Assembly (NCBI GenBank): GCA_964483395.1
Contig: CAZABT010000001.1
Location: forward strand, 21,267 to 85,266
Direction of reading: 5' to 3'
Length of the DNA: 64,000 nt
Source: an uncultured Lachnospiraceae bacterium
GTDB taxonomy: Bacteria; Bacillota; Clostridia; Lachnospirales; Lachnospiraceae
Below, piece by piece: positions 19,112-26,453 of the stretch (positions within the stretch are counted from its first letter, which is position 1; each line of letters starts with the position of its first letter). Both the position numbers and the translations under genes were made by a program. A model generated the notes under the pieces. It saw only the letters and a list, made by a program, of their open reading frames with translations, made no database searches and had not been told where the DNA came from.

Positions 19112-20569
19112 ATGGGAGAGAAGAAGCAGGGCAATCTGGTGAAAAGCTTCATAGAGTATTTTTACGGCAACTTTGTAGTGCTGCTGCTTGGCTTTGTTTC
19201 ACTGCCGCTGACGACAAGGCTGCTGGATACGGATGAATATGGAAGGACTGCCCTGTTTACCTCGGCAGTCTCTGTTATTTATATATTTGCGATTCTGGGT
19301 CTGGATCAGGCCTATATCCGCTATTTTTATCAGAAGGGCATTCGTCGCCGCAGATTGTTTCTGCAATGCTTGATTCCACCGGTCATCATTGTATTGTTTT
19401 TGTCAGCCCTGTATGTTGTGGGGGCGGATACTTTTAATGGGATTCTTTTTGGCAGAAGCAGTCTGGACATTACGATGCTTGTGATAGGATATACGATTAT
19501 TTCTGTTTTTGAACGATTCTTGTTTCTGAATATCCGTATGGAGCAGAGAGGAAGGTTATATTCTAATCTGAATATCCTCTCCAAGGTCATCAATATCTCT
19601 CTGCTCATCTTGTTTGCACTGCGTCTGGGCAATGATTTTCGGGTCGTTCTGTATGCCATGACATTGTCTCTTGGGATTGTGACGCTCATCGTGGGGATAC
19701 GATACATCTGCAAGGTACACAAAGAGCCGGCAGTACAATCGGACGAAAAGACGGAGGTAACAGAGAGAGAACTGCTGCGGTACAGTATTCCCTTTATCAT
19801 GATGCTGATGATGGAGTGGCTGCTGTCCTCTATGGATAAATGGTCGATTCGATTCTTTTGTGATTTCAATGAGACGGGAATTTATTCTGCTGCGATGCAG
19901 ATCATGACCGTAATTTTGACTTTTAAGATAACCTTTGTGGCATTCTGGTCACCGGTTGCAATGGAAAAATATGAAAAAGAAACAGAAGAAACCAATAAAC
20001 TGTTTTTTGCGGATATATTCCGTAAGGTGCAGTTTCTGTGCATGGTGGCGGCATTTGGCGTGACGATATGCCGCGGTATCATCGTGTTGATTCTGGGCAG
20101 GGGCTATCGTGGAGCGATTTCCGTCATACCGTTTCTGACGCTGATGCCGGTATTGAGTATTCTTTTCGAGATGATGAGCCAGGGCATCAAGTTCAAGAAA
20201 CAGGTTCGATACATTAATTATGCGTCTGTTGTTGCCATTTTCTGCAATCTTGCAGGCAACACCCTGCTTGTTCCCATTTTAGGAGGAAGAGGTGCTGCGA
20301 TGGCAACGGCCGTTACCTATATTGTCTATTTCTTTCTCGGAACCTTTTTTGCAGAAAAATGCTATCCGGTCGGTTATCCGCTCAGAACGCTGATCATCTC
20401 GCTGCTTCTGTACGTGGGCTATGCTTTTTATGCAACCTTCTGTACAGTAGAATGGCTCAGTGTCACAGTGGGAATCCTGCTGCTGGCAGTGGTATGTCTG
20501 CTGAATCGTGTTGTATTGATGGATCTCTGGAAATTTTTATATGGTATTGTGAAGCATAAAGATATCTAA
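19112..20569 (+). CDS. MOP-superfamily polysaccharide flippase (second Wzx-like protein)
   Basis: 485 aa, polytopic. N-terminus FYGNFVVLLLGFVSLPLTTRLL. AGAGG RBS. Confidence 0.7.
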   Translation: MGEKKQGNLVKSFIEYFYGNFVVLLLGFVSLPLTTRLLDTDEYGRTALFTSAVSVIYIFAILGLDQAYIRYFYQKGIRRRRLFLQCLIPPVIIVLFLSALYVVGADTFNGILFGRSSLDITMLVIGYTIISVFERFLFLNIRMEQRGRLYSNLNILSKVINISLLILFALRLGNDFRVVLYAMTLSLGIVTLIVGIRYICKVHKEPAVQSDEKTEVTERELLRYSIPFIMMLMMEWLLSSMDKWSIRFFCDFNETGIYSAAMQIMTVILTFKITFVAFWSPVAMEKYEKETEETNKLFFADIFRKVQFLCMVAAFGVTICRGIIVLILGRGYRGAISVIPFLTLMPVLSILFEMMSQGIKFKKQVRYINYASVVAIFCNLAGNTLLVPILGGRGAAMATAVTYIVYFFLGTFFAEKCYPVGYPLRTLIISLLLYVGYAFYATFCTVEWLSVTVGILLLAVVCLLNRVVLMDLWKFLYGIVKHKDI

Positions 20570-20577
20570 GAAACAGA

Positions 20578-22371
20578 TTATCTCCGATAGAGGACACCGC
20601 AGGGCACGTCGATGATTTCATAGCCTTCTTCAGTCACGTAGTTGAGGAGAAATCCACCGATTTCGTTTTCATTGGGTGTCGGATCGGCTACGACATCACC
20701 GCAGGTGTTATAGGAGCCATATTCGTCATTGAGCACCAGAATCATATCCGGATAGCGATCCGGATTGATGGTGTAGTAATCTTCCAGTCGTGTACTGCTG
20801 AATTTGGTACGCCAGGAAGTTGGAGAGCCACATTTCAAATCAGAACACATATATCCGAACGGCAGCAGCTTTGTGATGAAGAGGCTGCCGTTATTTTCTT
20901 TGGCAGGATTCAGATCGTCTGACTGACAGTAATCTGCCAATACCCCGTATACAGTTTCATACATAGAAGCATGCTCTGGAGTGGTATATAATCCGGCAGC
21001 AGGCCCGACAGTAATTTTTGTGGTCAGTTCCGGCAAAGGTGCATCACGATATACGTTTACAAAGCGTAATGTAATTGTTTGCAGCAGTGCAACCAATACA
21101 ATGCAGGTACATAGAACGGATATCGTTTCCAAAAGACTACTGTCCGTGTCAGCATTGCAGATTTCCTGCTTAAAATCATAAATCATCATGACACTTCCGA
21201 TGGAAGCAATAGAATGTCCCATTGAAAGAATATACAGATATCCATTCGAGGAATAGCTGTAGACCATAGAAAATATCATGCCCGAAGCAAACAGAAGAAA
21301 GAAAGCTCTTGCATGCCTGTCGGAGGTCAGGAAGAACAGCGGCAGTGCAAACATGCACAAAGCAGTCTGGATATAGCCGGTATGTCCGATGCTGCAAATA
21401 AAATACGCAATGAACAGCAGAATATCAATGCCGCAAAGGACTATTTTCACCCATCGGCCAATTGCTTTCTTATGCAGTTCGATCAATGCCAGCAGTGCTG
21501 TGACAATTATCAGAAGATAACCGAGGTAAGCTGCATAGCCGTAGACTTCATTGATTCCAATGAAAAATTTCTTCAGTGGATAGACCAGACTTGTGCCATG
21601 CTCCTCATCGGAGAGTACATACGGAATGGCCTGTATAAAATCAGAAAGCTGTACATTGGTCAGCAGAAAAATACCAAACACGATTGCAGGGATACAGATG
21701 CCCAAAAGAGTATATCCGCAGACGGTGGTCAGATGCCCTTGTCCGACAGCGTGTTTAATCCATACAGGGAGCGGCAGAAAACGGCATGCCAGCAGCAGAA
21801 GTATCACAATTACTATGATCAGTACATAGGCAACAGCCATTGTAGGAAGTGCAAGTACGGAAAGTGCAAAGAGGATACCTCCTAAGACAAGATACCGGCG
21901 CTGTTCTGTCTGACCATAATGCCAGATAAGCAGCATGGCAAGCAGGAAGAAGCCGACCGACATCGTATAATAGGACAGAGTAGCAATGTTCAGGTGTGTA
22001 TAAAAAAGGTAGAGCAAGGCGCAGATCAGTGCGATCCATTGCGGATAGGAAAATTTGATGATACGGTAGATGACGATACTGCAAATAACAGCATAAATTA
22101 CGAAGCAGATGCGAAAGAATAAAATCACACCAGTGGTAGAACCGACAGCATTGACAAAGAGAGAAAAGAGCGGAAGCAGCATAACGGAAGACAATTGTGT
22201 TGGAAACCAGTCATGCTGAAAAATGCTGTCTCCCTGATAGAAACGATATGCAGTGGAAAAGTAAAAGGTCTCATCCGACCAGCAGAAGCTGTAAAAGCAT
22301 TTCAGCAGCAACAGGATTCCGGATGTCAGCAGGATCAAGTAAGGAACATATTTCTTCATGGATTGTTTCAT
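20578..22371 (-). CDS. large polytopic membrane protein, GT-C-like (ArnT/PMT-style) candidate glycosyltransferase with soluble C-terminal domain
   Basis: The acidic motif WSDETFYF follows the first TM directly. There are about 12 or more TM segments and a roughly 170-aa C-terminal soluble part. Start set at the ATG with an AGAGAGGG RBS; the ORF track extends to TTG 22443. Confidence 0.5.
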   Translation of the reverse strand: MKQSMKKYVPYLILLTSGILLLLKCFYSFCWSDETFYFSTAYRFYQGDSIFQHDWFPTQLSSVMLLPLFSLFVNAVGSTTGVILFFRICFVIYAVICSIVIYRIIKFSYPQWIALICALLYLFYTHLNIATLSYYTMSVGFFLLAMLLIWHYGQTEQRRYLVLGGILFALSVLALPTMAVAYVLIIVIVILLLLACRFLPLPVWIKHAVGQGHLTTVCGYTLLGICIPAIVFGIFLLTNVQLSDFIQAIPYVLSDEEHGTSLVYPLKKFFIGINEVYGYAAYLGYLLIIVTALLALIELHKKAIGRWVKIVLCGIDILLFIAYFICSIGHTGYIQTALCMFALPLFFLTSDRHARAFFLLFASGMIFSMVYSYSSNGYLYILSMGHSIASIGSVMMIYDFKQEICNADTDSSLLETISVLCTCIVLVALLQTITLRFVNVYRDAPLPELTTKITVGPAAGLYTTPEHASMYETVYGVLADYCQSDDLNPAKENNGSLFITKLLPFGYMCSDLKCGSPTSWRTKFSSTRLEDYYTINPDRYPDMILVLNDEYGSYNTCGDVVADPTPNENEIGGFLLNYVTEEGYEIIDVPCGVLYRR

Positions 22372-22495
22372 AACAGGGCGGCCCTCTCTTTGTATCGGAC
22401 ACAGCAGTGTTTCCGGGTCTGTGTCGCTGTTTGATTTCACCAATAATAGTATAATACTGCTCCTGAAAACGCAAGAACTAAATATGGCTGTAAAA

Positions 22496-22524
22496 TTGAC
22501 ACAAACTGTGGATTACTATATAAT
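22496..22524 (+). promoter_or_regulatory. sigma-A type promoter, perfect consensus
   Basis: TTGACA (22496-22501), exactly 17 nt, TATAAT (22519-22524). It sits 46 nt upstream of the ATG at 22571. Confidence 0.8.
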
Positions 22525-22570
22525 TGAGGTCAGTAAAAACGGGTGATTCAATCACTCCGGAGGACGGAGC

Positions 22571-24115
22571 ATGGCAGCAGAAGTAGGCATACTAAAAGAG
22601 AATCGATATGTAAGAGGATTTTTACGGCACTACAGGATAGAATACCGGGAATTTGAAACGGCACAGGAGATGTTGGAGTCAGAGATACCGGTGCTTTTTT
22701 GTGATACACCGGTGGATATTGCTGCAGCGGTGAAGAACGGAAAGTTCATCATTGTCAATCATGCAGTGCTGATGGATTTTATAGGGAAGCCGGTGCAGAG
22801 GGCACCGGGCTATGATTATGTTATGAAGGATTTTGTGTTTGGAGAACGCAGCTTCTATATAGATGAGCCGGTTTATTGCTGCGACCCCAGTATGAATACC
22901 GTGGCACCAAAGCTGCAGCATTGGATCAGGGAGCAGGACTTTTTTGATGTGGGAGAGACCTTTTCCCCATCTAATGAGATGATACCGGGTGCCTGTATTC
23001 TGGCAGGACGGCAGGTGATTTCACTTCCGTGGAAACTCAGCAGTCTGGATCGATTGAAAAAGATTTCTTTAAGACCTCAATATAGAAAGAAGAGTAACCG
23101 CTATTCTGTCAGACTGCTACCGAATGTTGATTTTTCGGGACTGCGGCAGCTCCTGCTGGCATTGCTTCGTTATGCTTATCGCAGGCAGGAACTGTGGATG
23201 CCGGAATATCATTTTGCCAGCATCCGGATGGGAGATCAGGATATAGAGTTCATATATCCACCGGAGAAGATCATGGCAGAGACTGAACAAAAAAAGAAGC
23301 TGGCAGCAGTGCTTAGATTTGCACTGCCGATTGTGGTCATGCTGCTGTTTTTGGGTGCGGTTCTTAGTTTTACCTCACCATTGTTTGCAGCGGTTATGCT
23401 GGGCATTATGGTGGGTATGTGCATTACATTGCACATCTGCCGCAAGAAGCGTCCGTCTGCAATGAAATACCTGCTTGGAGCTTTTGCCGTGGCGGTGATA
23501 GGAATCAATCTGCTGTATAATGTACGCAGTCTTCCGACAATCTATCCGTTGTATCGTTCGGGGGTGCAGAGCCGCTATATTCCGGATTTTCTGGAGGAGG
23601 GGCTATATGCAGATTCATTGCTGCAGCTGCTTGTAAAAGACAAGACCGTTACAGTACACGATACCGGAGATGCCTATGAGCATCCTGTCTATGAGTATTA
23701 TGAGGAAGGTGATCCGCAGGTAAAATATGCGGTGGCACATGATCCCAAATATTATTACGGACGTGATTATTATAGATTTTTTGAGAAATTTGCAAAGGCT
23801 GTTCAAGTGGATGCAGCACTGGCAGCGAAGGATACCTTCGACTTTACCGCACTTCGGGATTCCGGAGGGATGTCTCCAATTGGGTTCAGCAACGATATGG
23901 CGAGGTATACGTTCTTGATCAATGAAGACGAGATCGAGCAGGCTTCTTATTTCTGGTATGATTTTGTATATCGAGAGGAATCGCCGACGATGTATGTATA
24001 TATGGAAAACGAACTGCCTTCTGACTGCGAGGAGCTGGTAGTCCTGTGGGATACAGAGAACAATCTGTATATTATGAGCAGGACATTCTACGAACAGGAG
24101 GTGCAGGTACAATGA
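22571..24115 (+). CDS. hypothetical membrane-anchored protein (soluble N-domain, about 3 central TM helices, acidic/aromatic C-domain); no family recognised
   Basis: A 514-aa ORF follows a consensus promoter and a GGAGGA RBS. Its stop overlaps the next start (ATGA). Confidence 0.6.
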   Translation: MAAEVGILKENRYVRGFLRHYRIEYREFETAQEMLESEIPVLFCDTPVDIAAAVKNGKFIIVNHAVLMDFIGKPVQRAPGYDYVMKDFVFGERSFYIDEPVYCCDPSMNTVAPKLQHWIREQDFFDVGETFSPSNEMIPGACILAGRQVISLPWKLSSLDRLKKISLRPQYRKKSNRYSVRLLPNVDFSGLRQLLLALLRYAYRRQELWMPEYHFASIRMGDQDIEFIYPPEKIMAETEQKKKLAAVLRFALPIVVMLLFLGAVLSFTSPLFAAVMLGIMVGMCITLHICRKKRPSAMKYLLGAFAVAVIGINLLYNVRSLPTIYPLYRSGVQSRYIPDFLEEGLYADSLLQLLVKDKTVTVHDTGDAYEHPVYEYYEEGDPQVKYAVAHDPKYYYGRDYYRFFEKFAKAVQVDAALAAKDTFDFTALRDSGGMSPIGFSNDMARYTFLINEDEIEQASYFWYDFVYREESPTMYVYMENELPSDCEELVVLWDTENNLYIMSRTFYEQEVQVQ

Positions 24116-25692
24116 CAACAGAACAGATGAGCGTTTTGCTGGAGGGACTTTCATCAGGCTGCTATATCAGGCAGGTACTTGCGATCATGCTGCTGTTTCT
24201 GACCGGTATTGCCTTTTTGTATGGATGCAGTGAAACGATGGAGAAAAGGTGGCTGTATCTGCTGGCCTATCCGATGGGACTTGCGATATGGTGTGTGACA
24301 GGTTTCCTGTTACTGACTGTCGGAATTCCGTTCCGGTGGTATACACAGCTTCCTGCAATGGTGCTGGTGGTTCTTGCAAATGCAATATTTCCCCGGCTGC
24401 GTCACAGAATTGGTTTGAGGAAAGATGTATTTGGAAGGAAAGGCACAACACTGCTTGCGGCATTGGCCGTCATGCTTGTGGCCGCCTGTGTGGCAACCGG
24501 CGGAATCAGCAGCTTCAGTGTATCCAATGATACGATGTATTATTATATGTATTATCCGGAGATACTCGTTCAAAATGGAGCTTATCTTAGTTCTTATGAT
24601 GTATTCCTGTCCGACGTGGGACCGATGGCGGCTTTGATCGGAACCATTCCGGCGATGCTTGGATTTGACCAGTTTTACGGAATCCAGCAGGTATTTCATT
24701 TGAATTTCATTCTGATTTTTGCCTTGTTAGTATATGAACGTGCCCGGACAAAGCTGCAGCATAAAACGGCAGTCGGCCTGACAGTGGCAGTCACGCTTTT
24801 ACTTGCGACCACAACACCCTATGTGGTGCTTTCCAAGTGGATTCTGGCAAATGTATATGTCATGAGCTACTGCTTCATACTCTTTGGACTGGCTTACAAA
24901 ATGGATACAGAGAGAAAAGAGGGAGAGCAGAGTCCGCGAGACTATCTGGCAGTCATTATGATATTGTCTGCAATGATTTCCATGCTGCGTATGGAGGGCG
25001 GCATGCTGATGTGCTTTATGATTGTATGTATATCAACACTCGGCTTCAGCAACAAAGAACTGAACATCAGGTTTTTGCTGCCGGCGGCAATGATGCCGTG
25101 CCTATACTATATTCGATATTTTCTGTTCTTAAAGGTGTCACCTGTCTATAGCTTTCTGACGTGGCAGAAGGCGGCGGTTGCAGTCGGAGCCATAGTATTG
25201 CTGGGACATTATATCGGTGCGGTCAGGGGAAAAAGACTGCTTAGGCTGCAGCAGAAGACAGGCTGGCTGATCCTGCTTGGCTTGCTGGCTGTGAATGCCG
25301 GACTTTGTGCAATGGCGCCATCGGCCTATATGGTTGTACTGAAAGCATTCTGGCAGAACATCATATACCAGGAGGGGTGGGGATATTCCATTTATCTGCT
25401 GGTTGCATGCATGATTGCAGTTTGTATGGTGAAGTCTCATAGAAAACCGGGAGACTCTATTCACTATGAAACGCTGGTCCTTTTAGGCTATGTTTTGTTT
25501 ACGCTGGCGGTCAGCTTTGCAAGAGGAGGAGGACTCAGACGCGGTATTGGCGATTCAGGAAATCGTGTGATGCTGCAGGTCATTCCATTTCTAATCTATG
25601 TGCTTGCCTGCAAGGCAATTGACCTGATCGAGAGTACCGAGGAACATAGAATGGAACAGAAACAGGAGGAAACAGATTCATGCCACTTGTGA
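24112..25692 (+). CDS. polytopic membrane protein (about 14 TM), unknown family; candidate GT-C/polymerase-like
   Basis: The ATG at 24112 overlaps the upstream TGA. The sequence is hydrophobic throughout. The ORF-track start 24046 lies inside the upstream gene. Confidence 0.55.
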   Translation: MTTEQMSVLLEGLSSGCYIRQVLAIMLLFLTGIAFLYGCSETMEKRWLYLLAYPMGLAIWCVTGFLLLTVGIPFRWYTQLPAMVLVVLANAIFPRLRHRIGLRKDVFGRKGTTLLAALAVMLVAACVATGGISSFSVSNDTMYYYMYYPEILVQNGAYLSSYDVFLSDVGPMAALIGTIPAMLGFDQFYGIQQVFHLNFILIFALLVYERARTKLQHKTAVGLTVAVTLLLATTTPYVVLSKWILANVYVMSYCFILFGLAYKMDTERKEGEQSPRDYLAVIMILSAMISMLRMEGGMLMCFMIVCISTLGFSNKELNIRFLLPAAMMPCLYYIRYFLFLKVSPVYSFLTWQKAAVAVGAIVLLGHYIGAVRGKRLLRLQQKTGWLILLGLLAVNAGLCAMAPSAYMVVLKAFWQNIIYQEGWGYSIYLLVACMIAVCMVKSHRKPGDSIHYETLVLLGYVLFTLAVSFARGGGLRRGIGDSGNRVMLQVIPFLIYVLACKAIDLIESTEEHRMEQKQEETDSCHL

Positions 25693-26453
25693 TCAATGCT
25701 GATGATTTCGGCAGAACCGAGGAAATCAATCAGGCAATTTGCGAATGCTTTCAATTGGATTATATTGACAGAACAACATTGATGGTGAATATGCCCTTTG
25801 CGGACATGGCTGTAGAGACGGCCCGGAACAATGGATTTATAGACAAAGTCGGACTGCATCTGAATCTGACGGCAGGCAGTCCGCTGACAGAAGCAATCCG
25901 CAGCAATCCGCTTTTTTGCGATGCAGAGGGAAATTTTCATGCAGGCTTTCATAAGAGTCTGAAAACAAGATTATTCATGAGCCGGACGGATATGGAGCAG
26001 ATCGGAGAAGAACTGGAAGCACAGATCGGAAAGTATCTGCAGTATGGATGTATGCTGCGGCATGTAGATTCTCATCATCACGTGCACACAGATCTGCCGG
26101 TTCTGAAGGCACTGAAGCCATTGCTGCAAACATATGAAATGAGATCCATCCGGATTGGGCGCAACTTATTCCGGGGAGGCTCATTGTTCAATAGAGGTTA
26201 CAAACGCTTTTATAATGCACAGCTAAAGAAGACCGGACTTGAACAGACAGACTATTTCGGTTCCATGCAGGATCTGCGTACCTATGTCAGGACCTGCGGA
26301 GCGGCCGGAAAGCTTTTTGTAAAGCAATATCAGACAGAGATCATGACACATCCGATGTACGATGAGGACGGCATGCTGGTGGATACCAGCGAGCCGATGA
26401 CAGATACGTGGTGCATGGAATTCGGACGATCACAAAGAGGAGAACAGATTTGA
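25680..26453 (+). CDS. YdjC/ChbG/HpnK-family carbohydrate deacetylase
   Basis: MPLVINADDFGRT, GLHLNLT, VDSHHHVH. AGGAGGAAA RBS. No signal peptide or TM. Confidence 0.85.
   Translation: MPLVINADDFGRTEEINQAICECFQLDYIDRTTLMVNMPFADMAVETARNNGFIDKVGLHLNLTAGSPLTEAIRSNPLFCDAEGNFHAGFHKSLKTRLFMSRTDMEQIGEELEAQIGKYLQYGCMLRHVDSHHHVHTDLPVLKALKPLLQTYEMRSIRIGRNLFRGGSLFNRGYKRFYNAQLKKTGLEQTDYFGSMQDLRTYVRTCGAAGKLFVKQYQTEIMTHPMYDEDGMLVDTSEPMTDTWCMEFGRSQRGEQI

Noticed and set aside
22448-22458. An invertible-promoter (phase-variable) architecture around the consensus promoter at 22496-22524.
   Set aside because: No pair of longer inverted repeats flanks the promoter, and no recombinase gene is nearby. Only a short 11-bp palindrome is present.
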